This document shows positions 25,062 through 36,040 of a DNA stretch of 61,414 bases, in pieces. The stretch's first letter is position 1. Every line of letters starts with the position of its first letter. The notes under the pieces are model-generated. The model did not search any database and was not told where the DNA came from. It saw nothing but the letters and a program-made list of their open reading frames with translations. A program made the position numbers and the translations under genes. Origin of the DNA: Candidatus Enterousia sp. (lineage in GTDB: Bacteria > Pseudomonadota > Alphaproteobacteria > Rs-D84); assembly GCA_045536625.1 (NCBI GenBank), contig JAZSNY010000018.1, positions 1 to 61,414 of the forward strand. Reading direction: 5' to 3'.

Positions 25062-27587
25062 CTATCCAAATAAACTTAGTTGTGGTTGGGGCAGGTTGTC
25101 CGATACGCATGTTTTCCTGCGCGCAGGTTTTGGGATTGCGGCACAGGTCGCCGTGGGTTGAACCGGTTCGTTTGATTCCAACGCAGATAATACACATTCT
25201 GCACGCGCAATCACAGATGATGGCATGCCCGCCATGCGCGCCACATGAATACCATATGAACGATTGGCGACACCCGGCACAATTTTATGCATAAATATAA
25301 TTTCACTATTATGTTCACGCACATCAATAGTTAAGCATGTGACATGTTTTAAACCGTTCTCACCCGTTAATGCGGTTAATTCATGATAGTGTGTTGCGAA
25401 CAGTGTTCGTGATTGTAATGCGTCCAGGTATTCCAATACCGCCTGGGCAATGGCCATACCGTCGTATGTAGCGGTTCCACGACCGATTTCATCAAAGATA
25501 ATAAAAGAACGTTCGGTTGCGCGATTCAAAATATTTGCTGTTTCCGCCATTTCAACCATAAAAGTTGACTGACCCGCGGCCAAGTTATCAGATGCACCAA
25601 CACGACTGAATAATTGGTCACAGATTCCAATGCGTGCACGGGTCGCCGGCACAAAAGACCCCAGGTGCGCCAAGACAACAATCAAGGCATTCTGACGCAG
25701 ATATGTTGATTTTCCCGCCATATTCGGTCCGGTTAATAAAGCAATGGCATACGCATTCAGGTTACAATCATTTTTTACAAAATTATCCCCGCGTGTGCGC
25801 AATACCGATTCAATTACCGGATGACGACCACCAGTTATGTCAAACGCACAATCGTCGGTGATTTCTGGTCGGGTCCAGGAATATTTATCTGCGACCGTAG
25901 CCAATGAACACCAAACATCTGCATCCGCCAATAAATCCGCCGCAGACAGCAAATCGTCCGAAATTTCACGAATTGATTCAACAAAGGTATTTATAATTTC
26001 TGCTTCAATCGCAGACGCTTTTTCGGCGGCACTGCGAACATCATTATCCAAATCAATCAGGCGCGATGTAGTAAAACGCATATTGCCGGACATCGTTTGA
26101 CGATGAATGAAACCTGAATCGGGTTTTAATAATGCGTCGGCGCGAGCACTGGGAACTTCGATAAAATATCCAAGAATATTGTTATATTTTATTTTTAGAT
26201 TGTTTATCCCAGTCATGGAAATATATTCCGACTGCAGACCCGCAATCGTTTCGCGTGCACCATTTGACAATTCACGCATATTATCCAATGCAACATCAAA
26301 CCCATCACGAATAACGCCACCATCACGGAAAAAAGTCGGCAATTCATCCGCCAGGGCACGTGACAATTTATTTGCCAAATCACCATGTGTTTCTATTGAT
26401 TCAAAACGCGGTGAAAAATACATATCCAGACGTGACGATAAAAGTTGTGCCCGCGGAAGCGTTGTCATAAATTCGCATATGTGACGCAGGTCACGGGGCC
26501 CACCACGACCCGATAATAGACGCGATAATGCACGACCAACATCGGGAACAGATGATAAAACATTTTTTACAATTGCCAATATATCAGGATTTAATAAAAA
26601 ATGCGAAACATGTAATTGGCGAATTTTAATTTCATCTATATCAGATGATAAATTACGTAAATACGCACGCAATTTTCGCGCGCCCGCGGACGTGGTCGTT
26701 TCATCCAAGACATCAATTAAACATATACCACCGTCGTTTATAGGGGCATCTATTTCAAGACTGCGCCAGGTGGCAGAATCAATTAACAACTGATGTCCGG
26801 ATTTAAATGTGTATGGTGCACGAAATGTTATTTTTGCATCACGTTGGGTGTTAAACAAATATCCCGCCAACAGGCAAATTGCACCGTCATTATTCTTGGC
26901 AGCCATGCCAGAATCCACCGCGCCACCAAACACACGCGATACAACCATATCAATATCTGCACGATGATACAGTTTTTCGTATACAGGCGTTGATTTAAAT
27001 GCGTCACGTAATTTCTTGATTGTTTTGTCTTCGGCGGTGGAAAAGGGAAATATAACCTCGGCCGGGTTGATACGGGTCAGGTCATCCAATGCATCGGATG
27101 TTTGACCAATAAAAAATTCACCCGTTGATATATCACAACCCGCAATATCGTATGCGCCACCACCAATGGGTGCAATCGCAACCAGAAAATTAGAATTCTT
27201 TGGTGTTAACAAATTTTCATCCGTCAATGTACCCGGTGTTAATACGCGAACTACACGACGTTCTATAAATTTATGCCCGCGTTCTTTGGCCTGGGCCGGG
27301 GTTTCCATTTGTTCAACCAAGGCAACCTTGTACCCAGATCGCACCAAGCGACCAAAATAGTTGTCCGCCGCATGCCATGGAATCCCACACATTGGAATTG
27401 ACGCACCATCACCGTCCGTGCCACGCGCCGTTAATACCAGCCCCAAAGTACCACTGATTATTTTTGCATCTTCAAAAAAGGATTCATAAAAATCCCCCAA
27501 CCGAAACATTAGTAATGCATCGGGATTTTCAGATTTCATATCCACATATTGTTGCATTACGGGGGTTAATTTACTTTTTTCTGCCAC
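25062..27587 (-). CDS. mutS: DNA mismatch repair protein MutS
   Basis: N-terminal TPVMQQYVDMK...FRLGDFYE, Walker A GPNMAGKST, DEIGRGT and ATHYHEL. Confidence 0.97.
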   Translation of the reverse strand: MAEKSKLTPVMQQYVDMKSENPDALLMFRLGDFYESFFEDAKIISGTLGLVLTARGTDGDGASIPMCGIPWHAADNYFGRLVRSGYKVALVEQMETPAQAKERGHKFIERRVVRVLTPGTLTDENLLTPKNSNFLVAIAPIGGGAYDIAGCDISTGEFFIGQTSDALDDLTRINPAEVIFPFSTAEDKTIKKLRDAFKSTPVYEKLYHRADIDMVVSRVFGGAVDSGMAAKNNDGAICLLAGYLFNTQRDAKITFRAPYTFKSGHQLLIDSATWRSLEIDAPINDGGICLIDVLDETTTSAGARKLRAYLRNLSSDIDEIKIRQLHVSHFLLNPDILAIVKNVLSSVPDVGRALSRLLSGRGGPRDLRHICEFMTTLPRAQLLSSRLDMYFSPRFESIETHGDLANKLSRALADELPTFFRDGGVIRDGFDVALDNMRELSNGARETIAGLQSEYISMTGINNLKIKYNNILGYFIEVPSARADALLKPDSGFIHRQTMSGNMRFTTSRLIDLDNDVRSAAEKASAIEAEIINTFVESIREISDDLLSAADLLADADVWCSLATVADKYSWTRPEITDDCAFDITGGRHPVIESVLRTRGDNFVKNDCNLNAYAIALLTGPNMAGKSTYLRQNALIVVLAHLGSFVPATRARIGICDQLFSRVGASDNLAAGQSTFMVEMAETANILNRATERSFIIFDEIGRGTATYDGMAIAQAVLEYLDALQSRTLFATHYHELTALTGENGLKHVTCLTIDVREHNSEIIFMHKIVPGVANRSYGIHVARMAGMPSSVIARAECVLSALESNEPVQPTATCAAIPKPARRKTCVSDNLPQPQLSLFG

Positions 27588-27615
27588 AGTAAATCCGTTT
27601 TATTTTTTATAATAA

Positions 27616-27810
27616 TTATGCACCGACTTTTAATGTTTCGATTTTTAATTCGGCTTCTTTTAATAGTTGTTCACAATATGCCTTTAGTTTTATACCCTGT
27701 TCATAGGCGGATACAGAATCAGCCAATGGTAATTGACCAGATTCCATTTTTTTTACCAATTCCATTAATTGTTGGTATGCTTCTTCAAAAGATAATTTTT
27801 TTTCATCCAT
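27616..27810 (-). CDS. xseB: Exodeoxyribonuclease VII small subunit
   Basis: 64-aa helical protein: LSFEEAYQQLMELVKKMESGQLPLADSVSAYEQGIKL. Confidence 0.85.
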   Translation of the reverse strand: MDEKKLSFEEAYQQLMELVKKMESGQLPLADSVSAYEQGIKLKAYCEQLLKEAELKIETLKVGA

Positions 27811-27870
27811 GTTTTTCCCCTGTGATTATCGTGTTTTTACGATACAAAATTAAATGCATATTTTCAAATT

Positions 27871-27897
27871 AAAAATCCGGCAAACGCCGGAATTTTT
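27871..27897. terminator. Stereotyped bidirectional terminator
   Basis: AAAAA-TCCGGC-aaac-GCCGGA-ATTTTT. Confidence 0.65.
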
Positions 27898-28648
27898 ATC
27901 GTTTGTTTTGTGAATCCTGCCAGACAAGCGCATTTTGAACATATTGACGGGCACGTTCAATGTCAAATTGTCGGGTACCGGGTTTCATAAGGCGCCCTTC
28001 GGCATCAATCCATGTGTAATAATTTGATGGTAATTTTTCAGAAATCTTGTCCAAATTTTCCGACACATTTTCCGGTGACAGGCCACCCGCATAACCCATG
28101 GGATGCGTGATATATACCGGCGCGTTCCAATTTTCGGGCGACACACCATAACCATAAGAAGAATCATACAGTAATGAAAATTTTGCACCCGTTTTGTATA
28201 ACAAATCTATTTTGTCTTTTATTGTTTCATTATAGGGTAAAATAAATTCGTTGTCTGGGTGTGTACGAATTAAATGCGCAACCGCACCAGAATCAAATTT
28301 CTTTGTTCTGTCCCCAATATTTAGTTGCCACCTACGAATTGCTGGACCGCCGTTAACACGGTGTTGCATTTTTAACCAAGTATTCAACTCGTATGGAATT
28401 TTCCCTGAACATAAATCGTCGCACCAATCATAATTTATGTGCAGTGCAATATTTAACGGTCGCGGATTGGTTACAACATGAAACATCAACACATCAAACC
28501 ACAGCTTTCGTGGCTTTAACTGCGACATTGTGGACGATGACGCCTGAACCCCAATTTCAACAAGTGGTGACATTTTTAACAATCTTATCACATCCACCAC
28601 AGCCAGGTGTTCACGCGGATCAGAACATGTTATATATCGTAAATTCAT
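27896..28648 (-). CDS. TIM-barrel protein resembling phosphoribosylanthranilate isomerase (TrpF-like), tentative
   Basis: The C-terminal half, LLYDSSYGYGVSPENW...GYAGGLSPENVSENL, resembles the PRAI D-x-GGtG..W / LAGGL.p.NV pattern. Overlaps the rlmN stop by 4 nt. No other trp genes are nearby. Confidence 0.3.
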   Translation of the reverse strand: MNLRYITCSDPREHLAVVDVIRLLKMSPLVEIGVQASSSTMSQLKPRKLWFDVLMFHVVTNPRPLNIALHINYDWCDDLCSGKIPYELNTWLKMQHRVNGGPAIRRWQLNIGDRTKKFDSGAVAHLIRTHPDNEFILPYNETIKDKIDLLYKTGAKFSLLYDSSYGYGVSPENWNAPVYITHPMGYAGGLSPENVSENLDKISEKLPSNYYTWIDAEGRLMKPGTRQFDIERARQYVQNALVWQDSQNKR

Positions 28649-29751
28649 TTTTTACCCTTTGCATTATTTAGGCGTAACTGACCACAGGCCGAACCAATAT
28701 CTGTGCCACGTTCACGACGGATACGCGTATGAATTCCATTTTTTATTAATGTATCCTGGAATCTGTGTACCGCATTGCCCGACGGAGATGCAAAGTCACG
28801 TTCATCAACCGCATTCCATGGAATTAAATTCACCATACAATTTTTTCCATGTAACAGTTCCGATAATTTTTCTGCGTATTCTGGTGTTGCATTATACAAA
28901 ATGGTTTCACCCGTATCATCGCGCCGGGCCAATAGGATGTATTCTATCATTAACTGACGATTATGATTATCGGTAAATCGCCACGCCGCATCCAGGACTT
29001 CGCTTAATTTGTATTTGTTGTTTATTGGCATAATTTGCGAACGCAATTCATCGGTCGGTGCATGCAAAGATATTGCCAAATTTATCGGTCGATTCCATTC
29101 AATTAATCGGTCAATACCCGGAACAATTCCGCACGTAGATAACGTTATACGACGCCACCCAATACCCATATCACGATTTGCACGTTCAATAAAATCAATA
29201 ACGTTTTCTGTGTTTTGCAGTGGTTCCCCGGTGCCCATAATTACAATGTGTGATACATCACCATTATTTGCATCACCATTTGGGTGAATTGGTTTATCAC
29301 TGAATTTATCTGAACGCAATTCCCACTGGGCCAACAAAACCTGGGCAAAGATTTCATTGGATGTTAAATTCCTTTTTAGACCCAACAATGTACTGGCGCA
29401 AAAACGACACCCCATGGCACAGCCTGCCTGGGAACTGACACAAACACTGTTGCCATAGGTTGTGCGCATTAGAACACATTCTATTTGTTCACAATCGTTT
29501 AATTCCAGCAAAAACTTGGTCGTTTCACCATCAGAGGATTCCAACTTGCGTACAATTTTTACCGGCAAAGTTTGCGCAACCGTGTCCAATTCTTGGCGCA
29601 GTTTTTCCGGTATGTTTTTCATTGATGCAAAATCCGGCGCACCACGATTTAACCAGTCGCGAATTTGACGTGCCCTAAATTTTGGTTGCCCCATATCAAC
29701 CAGAAATTTTTCCAGCTCTGGGTCCGTGAAATTAAATAGTATTGGTTTCAT
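28645..29751 (-). CDS. rlmN: 23S rRNA/tRNA m2A methyltransferase RlmN (radical SAM)
   Basis: FRARQIRDWL near the N-terminus, radical-SAM CAMGCRFCAS, and C-terminal DIGSACGQL. Confidence 0.95.
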   Translation of the reverse strand: MKPILFNFTDPELEKFLVDMGQPKFRARQIRDWLNRGAPDFASMKNIPEKLRQELDTVAQTLPVKIVRKLESSDGETTKFLLELNDCEQIECVLMRTTYGNSVCVSSQAGCAMGCRFCASTLLGLKRNLTSNEIFAQVLLAQWELRSDKFSDKPIHPNGDANNGDVSHIVIMGTGEPLQNTENVIDFIERANRDMGIGWRRITLSTCGIVPGIDRLIEWNRPINLAISLHAPTDELRSQIMPINNKYKLSEVLDAAWRFTDNHNRQLMIEYILLARRDDTGETILYNATPEYAEKLSELLHGKNCMVNLIPWNAVDERDFASPSGNAVHRFQDTLIKNGIHTRIRRERGTDIGSACGQLRLNNAKGKK

Positions 29752-30566
29752 AATTTATATCGGTCGTCGTTAATGACAATGACCGCCCGCCTGCGTAATT
29801 GTTTTAATTGCTGATCCGCCATAAACATGGCCTGTTTATAGGTTGCGTTTTGTTTGATTATCTCGTCCAGATTTTTATATTCTGCTGTCTTTTTGGTGTC
29901 GCATACCAGTAGTACAGAATTATCCATACGTGACGACCAAGTAAGCTTTGGTAATGTTGCCACGCGTTCACGAATGTCCGCAGACAATTCGTATTGTAAT
30001 GCGGTAAATTTTTGAGGAATCCCACCCAGTTTTTCTGCCATTTCAATCGCATTGTCGCAAGATTTTGGTTTGGTTAACTTTTCAGAAATATCGGATGGAA
30101 TATCTGTTAAACGAACAATTGTCATTTCAATCGGTAATCCATGTTCACGCGCCAGGTTCGCACGTTCAGATGCAATATCTTCGGCCGAAACATCAATTGT
30201 TGGTAAAATTGTGCGGGCAACAATAACCTGCCATGCGATTTCAGAACGCAGGGCATTGCGTGCCATTTCACGTTCAGATGCAGATAAATCACCCAATTTC
30301 ATTTTCTTAAATTCTGTATCAACTGTTTTATCATCAGGCACGGCACCAAAGTTTGTGGCATATGCCAACTTTACATTATCATCAATGATATTTTGCAGGG
30401 CAACACGACGATTGTCGGTACTGGTCTTGCCCTGGCGCGCCATTAATTTTGTGCGCGCGGTTATATCAGTATCCGTTATCGGGGTGCCATTAACACTGGC
30501 CACGATGGATGCACCGAATGCAGGCGCAACAAAAAATACCGGCAGTAATATTAACAGTTTTTTCAT
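29748..30566 (-). CDS. SurA-like periplasmic chaperone lacking a parvulin domain
   Basis: Signal peptide, SurA N-domain-like VNGTPITDTDI...; located immediately downstream of lptD as in many proteobacteria. Confidence 0.55.
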   Translation of the reverse strand: MKKLLILLPVFFVAPAFGASIVASVNGTPITDTDITARTKLMARQGKTSTDNRRVALQNIIDDNVKLAYATNFGAVPDDKTVDTEFKKMKLGDLSASEREMARNALRSEIAWQVIVARTILPTIDVSAEDIASERANLAREHGLPIEMTIVRLTDIPSDISEKLTKPKSCDNAIEMAEKLGGIPQKFTALQYELSADIRERVATLPKLTWSSRMDNSVLLVCDTKKTAEYKNLDEIIKQNATYKQAMFMADQQLKQLRRRAVIVINDDRYKL

Positions 30567-30581
30567 CCTTGCTTCCTTTGA

Positions 30582-32594
30582 TTAATATTGTTGACCATCA
30601 ATCGCCATACCAAATCTGAATTGAAACGTTGTTGTGCCAACATAGTCTTCTTTAACCGCATTGTCGCGACGATATTCAATGGACAGATAATAGCATGGAT
30701 GGTTATAAAAGAATCCACCGGTGTGACGTTGAAACGCGCCCAATTCCATGTTATATATTGCATTCCAACGCAAAGACCAACGATTGGTTAACTGAATCCC
30801 AGCACCGATTATCGCTTCGTTAATATCAATATTTTCAGTGAATTCATCACTTAGATGTTGCGACCAAATGTGACCAATGTTTAAAAAGTTTCGGGGGGTG
30901 CCAATATTTGCAGACGTTTCCATATGACGAAGAGACAGGTTTTCTTGGTTTAACCTAAAACGTGATGCGATATTTAACCATTTCATGTTATTGTATGCAA
31001 TACGTCCAACATAGTCAGATGCACCATTGTGAAAACCACTGTTTAAATCAATGGATGGACGTTCGGTAAAATCATAGGATTGCCCCAAAAAGATTTCAAT
31101 GGTTTCTCCCTGTGTATTAAAGGCCGCCCAACGTGCACCATAGTCTGCATATGTGCCGTTTTCCCATAAATCCAAACCAGCCAAACGATTATCAGAAAAC
31201 AATGTAGAATCCGTTAAAATTGTACCAGCGGAATCGTTACTTAGTGCGAATTCTTCGGCATCCATATGACGCATAAATGTTATGCGGGCCCGTGGTTCGA
31301 TTATTTGTGTCCAATTTTTGGATGGCCTGAACATAGGAAGCCCCCATTCAAGGTAACCACTGGGTAAAAATCGGTTTTTAACCCCGGAATACATACCACC
31401 ATCAACCATTGGAGTTTTGTCGAAATGATATATATCGTATCGGGTTGAAATACTGGCCGTTAAGCGATTTCCACCCCATAATGTCCACGGCGTTGTCAGA
31501 CGTGCGTCACCAATTAAACGTTGGGCCGATGTCCCGTCACCCGATATTCCCAAAACATCACCAGAAAATGTCGCGTATGTTTCCCCAAACAATGGGGCCG
31601 TTTGATGAACCGCACGAATATTGGGTAATATATCACCGTCGGGTGCGGCCTGAACCCCGGTACTTTCACGTAATTCTTGGAATATGTGCGCGTCGGCAAC
31701 AACATAACTGCTTTGACCAAATAATTCCAATTTTGCACCAGAATCCAAATATGGTTGATCATTATAGAAGCCATATTTTTGTAAATATGTGCGATCCGAT
31801 GCGCGTTCCAGAAATATTGTAGCACGTGCATATTCACCCAATTCTATTACATCATCGTTAAAGATGTGCCATCTGTCCGCACCCGCACGATTATGGGTAA
31901 ACGAGCCACTGGTCCGATATTCAGAATGTGCGGCATTAAGACGGTGTTCCAGTTGAAATAATGGATTTTCCTGGGTCAAATACGACAAAGTTAATGTAAT
32001 ATCATGTGTATCAGATATAGATATATAAAACGGAACGTTTATTTGGGTTCCCATATTGTTCGTTGATTCAAAATCTGGCATCAAAAATCCAGTCTTGTAT
32101 TTCACACCCGGATCCGGCATTTCAAAATAGGGTAACCACAATACCGGTACGTCATATACACGCATTACTGGACTGTAAAATTCCAACATACGCGATTCCA
32201 TGTCATGAATAATCTTGTATGTGGTAATTTCCCATGCATCGCCGTATGCATCACAATCATCACACGCGGTAAATGTTGCATGACGCGCAATCGTTAAATC
32301 ACCACGACGTGTAATATTATCAGATTCAACATAAACATGGTGCCCCAACCATAATTTTATTTCATCACCCGACAATTCCGACCCCTGGGCCGAAATATAG
32401 GAATCAGTAAGGGTCATTCGCTGTCCCGATTTATTGGTGATTTCTGTATCACCAGATGTCTTAATTGTTTCGGATTTTACATCATATTCTATTTTATCGG
32501 CAATGATTGTTCGTGGTTCATCCACGTTTACAGATATCGCATATGACGATGCAATAAATAGAAAATTAACAAAAATAACAACTAACTTTTTCAT
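30582..32594 (-). CDS. lptD: LPS-assembly outer-membrane protein LptD
   Basis: Signal peptide MKKLVVIFVNFLFIASSYA, an OstA-like N-domain, and a large beta-barrel. Start trimmed to the ATG at 32594 (4-nt overlap with the upstream permease gene). Confidence 0.85.
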   Translation of the reverse strand: MKKLVVIFVNFLFIASSYAISVNVDEPRTIIADKIEYDVKSETIKTSGDTEITNKSGQRMTLTDSYISAQGSELSGDEIKLWLGHHVYVESDNITRRGDLTIARHATFTACDDCDAYGDAWEITTYKIIHDMESRMLEFYSPVMRVYDVPVLWLPYFEMPDPGVKYKTGFLMPDFESTNNMGTQINVPFYISISDTHDITLTLSYLTQENPLFQLEHRLNAAHSEYRTSGSFTHNRAGADRWHIFNDDVIELGEYARATIFLERASDRTYLQKYGFYNDQPYLDSGAKLELFGQSSYVVADAHIFQELRESTGVQAAPDGDILPNIRAVHQTAPLFGETYATFSGDVLGISGDGTSAQRLIGDARLTTPWTLWGGNRLTASISTRYDIYHFDKTPMVDGGMYSGVKNRFLPSGYLEWGLPMFRPSKNWTQIIEPRARITFMRHMDAEEFALSNDSAGTILTDSTLFSDNRLAGLDLWENGTYADYGARWAAFNTQGETIEIFLGQSYDFTERPSIDLNSGFHNGASDYVGRIAYNNMKWLNIASRFRLNQENLSLRHMETSANIGTPRNFLNIGHIWSQHLSDEFTENIDINEAIIGAGIQLTNRWSLRWNAIYNMELGAFQRHTGGFFYNHPCYYLSIEYRRDNAVKEDYVGTTTFQFRFGMAIDGQQY

Positions 32595-33649
32595 TTTTTT
32601 GACAATACCAACAACACACAGGATAAAAACACCACCAAACCAATTCCCAATAAAACAAATCCCGTCATACTGCCAATCATATTTGTTGCAGACATATATA
32701 AAGCCATTACACATGCCATAGACGCAACCGCATACATTGGGGCAAAACTGGTCCGACGACGCAGCAAAGATGAACGAAGTAATATTGTTGCGCACAACGC
32801 AGCCAGGATAATATTCATTAACGGACTTAAAAATCTGTTGCACAATTCCGACAATATCATTTTGTGCTGCTTTTCTGTCTTGGCATCAAAGGCAACACGT
32901 AATAATTCACGCGTCGGCACACGACGAACACGAAAAGATGTATTACCGCCACGGTCAACCAAATTTAAATCCATATCAAATGTTTCAAATGTTCCCGTCA
33001 CACTTTGTGCGCCACTAAATTGCAACGCACCGTTTGTCATAACAAGTGACAATCCACGCATGGTTGTTACCAATTTTCCCTTTTCTGCAAAAATTGTACT
33101 GGGAGCCGATTCATCACGCATGTCGGATAACATAACCTGGGACAGGTCATGACCAGACACACGATCAACATACACAACCAAGCCATCCGAAATTTCGGTA
33201 AATGCATTTTCCTGTAATTTCATGTGGGCCATACCATATTGCAGATTCCACTGGGTGTCATAAAATACAGACTGACTGTGCGGAACAATCCAAATATTTA
33301 ATATTAGATTTAATATCGCCAATATCGTTCCCAAACGCAGTGCCGGACGCGCAATTTGACGCGGCGATAAACCAGATACCGCCATTACCGTTACTTCGTT
33401 ATCAGATATCATTTTGTTATAAACAAAGATAACCGCAATAAAACACACAAAAGGAACGATAATAGACGCAATAAAAGGTATCATTAACGCAGTCAATCCC
33501 AAAAAACTGCCCAAATCTATGCCATATTTTAACAAGAACTTCATCATGGACATAATTTGCATCATCCATGCCAATCCCGTTAATATCAGTAACAGCATGA
33601 TAAATATCGCAACCAGTTGGCGCATAAAATAGCGGTTTAAAATCTTCAT
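32591..33649 (-). CDS. LPS export permease, LptF/LptG (YjgP/YjgQ) family
   Basis: MKILNRYFMRQL start, six predicted TM segments with a periplasmic insert, next to lptD. Confidence 0.8.
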   Translation of the reverse strand: MKILNRYFMRQLVAIFIMLLLILTGLAWMMQIMSMMKFLLKYGIDLGSFLGLTALMIPFIASIIVPFVCFIAVIFVYNKMISDNEVTVMAVSGLSPRQIARPALRLGTILAILNLILNIWIVPHSQSVFYDTQWNLQYGMAHMKLQENAFTEISDGLVVYVDRVSGHDLSQVMLSDMRDESAPSTIFAEKGKLVTTMRGLSLVMTNGALQFSGAQSVTGTFETFDMDLNLVDRGGNTSFRVRRVPTRELLRVAFDAKTEKQHKMILSELCNRFLSPLMNIILAALCATILLRSSLLRRRTSFAPMYAVASMACVMALYMSATNMIGSMTGFVLLGIGLVVFLSCVLLVLSKK

Positions 33650-33721
33650 ATCCGCAGTATAGAGTATATTTTTTACCTTTTCAAGGTATGAATAAAGGGG
33701 GCACTGATGTGCCCCCGGGGT

Positions 33722-36025
33722 TTATTTATCACGAATTTGGGCATTACATTTTGTTTCAACCGCGCGGATTATTGAATCCTGTAATGATAACAGGTCGGAA
33801 TCCGACATGTTATCGGTTGGCTGAATCCAAATCGTAAAGGCAATGGATTTTTTGCCCGTTCCCATGTCAAATGCATCAAACACGACAACATCTGTTATAC
33901 GTGAATCCACCGATTTTGCAACAGACGTTAATTTTTCCGCCGGCATGTCAATATCTACAATAAACGCAAAGTCGCGTGTTATCGGTTGGAATTCCGATAG
34001 CGTCGGCTGTTTGCTTTGACGATGCGATGGCAGATTTGTAATATCATCCACATTTGCAATAACAACATTTGTTTTTATACGTAATTTTTTCGCAACCGAT
34101 GGATGTAATTCGCCAAATTCTGCAATTTTCTTTTTACCCTGCATCAGCGCCGCATAGCGATATGGATGTGCCCAGCGCGGGGCGTTTTCTGTTGAAAGCG
34201 TAAAACGTTGACCCGACATTAATGCAATCAGGTCTGATTTTACGTCGTATATATCAACATTGCGGTTACGCCCGGTCCAATGACGTGGTGCGGTTGCGCC
34301 GGTACGAACAATACATACGGATGTATGCTGTTGCCCCGGCATATCGCCATCAAAAACCGTTCCCAATTCAAACAGATTTAAATCCGCGTAACCACGCTTT
34401 TCATTATTTGATACAGACGACAGCAAACCAAACAACAACCCGTTGCGCATCGTGTTATAATCCGATGTTATGGGGTTTGATATTTCTGTGTTCGGCGCAT
34501 CTGATAATAACTGTTCCGTCGCCAAATTACCAAAACCAAACGAACGACATTCGTTCAGACCACGGGATGCCAATGCGCATTTAATATCCATTTCATGTGT
34601 GTTATGTGGACGACTGTCACCCGTTGTGTGACGGTCGGATGTCGCAATTTTATCATATCCATGGATACGTAATAAATCCGCAACCATGGTTTCAGGAATT
34701 TGCACATCAACACGCGAAGGATGTGGTATCGCAATCCAATCTGCGCCATCGGACGATAACGTATAGCCAAGACGGGTTAAAATTTCGTGTTGGGTTTCAG
34801 GTGCCAAATCAATACCTGTTTTTTTCATAAAATATTTCGGATTATATTTTATCTTGACGTCTGGTGCCACATCCGTTCCCGCACAATATGTGCCAACGAT
34901 TTTCCCACCACATGCATCCATGATTATTTCAGATGCACACATTGCCGCAACACCGGTTATTGTCGGGTCTATGCCACGTTCATAACGATACGATGCGTCT
35001 GTTGATATTCCCAATCTTTTTGCGGATTTGCGGACAGACACGGGGTCAAAATATGCGGATTCCAAAATAATATTTTTTGTTTCGTCCGTCGTGGATCCAC
35101 GCGTGCCACCAATTACACCCGCCAATGCCAAAATCCCAGATTTATCGGCAATAACCATATCGGATTCGGTTAATTCATGTTCATTGTTAAATAAGTCTGT
35201 GAATTTTTCATTTGGTTCGGCCATGCGCACAATGATATCCCCGTCTATTTGGTCTGCATCAAAACAATGCATGGGTTGCGCCATGTCATAACAGATATAA
35301 TTTGTTGCATCGACCGGTGCATTTTTTGGATTAATTCCAATCGCCATCAGGCGCGATGATATTTTTTTATTACTGGGGCAGACGGTTATGCCGTGAATTT
35401 CAATCATTTTATATGCGCGACATTTATCGGTCTTTAATTGCACAGAACGTTTTCCATTAATGGTCATAAATTCGGTATCGTTTGGCACAATGTATTCACC
35501 AATTCCCGCCGCCGCCAGGTCACGTGCAATACCACGCACAGATAAATAATCCGGACGATTTGGTGTAATACCCGCATCAAAAACAGTCTTGGTTTCTATA
35601 ACCGGGGCGCCAATAACAGTATCTTTGGGTAATTCAATAATACCACTGTGATCGTCCCCGATTCCCAATTCGCGCGCGCTGCACATCATGCCGTCTGATA
35701 AAACACCACCCCTTTTGCCGCATTTAATTTCCATGCCACCAACAACACATCCGGGAATTGCCAATGCAGAAATCAATCCAACACGTGCATTTGGTGCGCC
35801 ACATACAACCTGACGCAGTGTGCCGGTGCCATCGTCGACCATTAATACATGTAAATGGTCGCTGTTTTCATGTGGACGACATTCCACAATACGCGCCGCA
35901 ATGGGTGACGTGGGGGAAATAACATCTTCTACCTCTAGCCCGATACGGGTCAGGGTATCCGCAATTTCAAATGCAGATGCATCCGATTTTAAATATTCGT
36001 TTAACCAATCAAGTGTCCATTTCAT
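33722..36025 (-). CDS. pheT: Phenylalanyl-tRNA synthetase beta subunit
   Basis: MKWTLDWLNEYL start, a tRNA-binding domain, B3/4 and B5 domains, 767 aa, downstream of pheS. Confidence 0.95.
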   Translation of the reverse strand: MKWTLDWLNEYLKSDASAFEIADTLTRIGLEVEDVISPTSPIAARIVECRPHENSDHLHVLMVDDGTGTLRQVVCGAPNARVGLISALAIPGCVVGGMEIKCGKRGGVLSDGMMCSARELGIGDDHSGIIELPKDTVIGAPVIETKTVFDAGITPNRPDYLSVRGIARDLAAAGIGEYIVPNDTEFMTINGKRSVQLKTDKCRAYKMIEIHGITVCPSNKKISSRLMAIGINPKNAPVDATNYICYDMAQPMHCFDADQIDGDIIVRMAEPNEKFTDLFNNEHELTESDMVIADKSGILALAGVIGGTRGSTTDETKNIILESAYFDPVSVRKSAKRLGISTDASYRYERGIDPTITGVAAMCASEIIMDACGGKIVGTYCAGTDVAPDVKIKYNPKYFMKKTGIDLAPETQHEILTRLGYTLSSDGADWIAIPHPSRVDVQIPETMVADLLRIHGYDKIATSDRHTTGDSRPHNTHEMDIKCALASRGLNECRSFGFGNLATEQLLSDAPNTEISNPITSDYNTMRNGLLFGLLSSVSNNEKRGYADLNLFELGTVFDGDMPGQQHTSVCIVRTGATAPRHWTGRNRNVDIYDVKSDLIALMSGQRFTLSTENAPRWAHPYRYAALMQGKKKIAEFGELHPSVAKKLRIKTNVVIANVDDITNLPSHRQSKQPTLSEFQPITRDFAFIVDIDMPAEKLTSVAKSVDSRITDVVVFDAFDMGTGKKSIAFTIWIQPTDNMSDSDLLSLQDSIIRAVETKCNAQIRDK

Positions 36026-36040
36026 CTTAAATATCCCCCA

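Noticed and set aside
32595-32843. N-terminal extensions given in the ORF track for lptD, truB (25057-25197), topA (41926-41997), mreC (37651-37797), the recombinase (5905-5976), lpxK, lpxC, mnmG and rnpA
   Set aside because: The extensions overlap upstream genes or regulatory DNA, lack family similarity, and internal starts give canonical N-termini (signal peptide, Toprim MNLLIVESPSK, MKFLYARVSS and so on).
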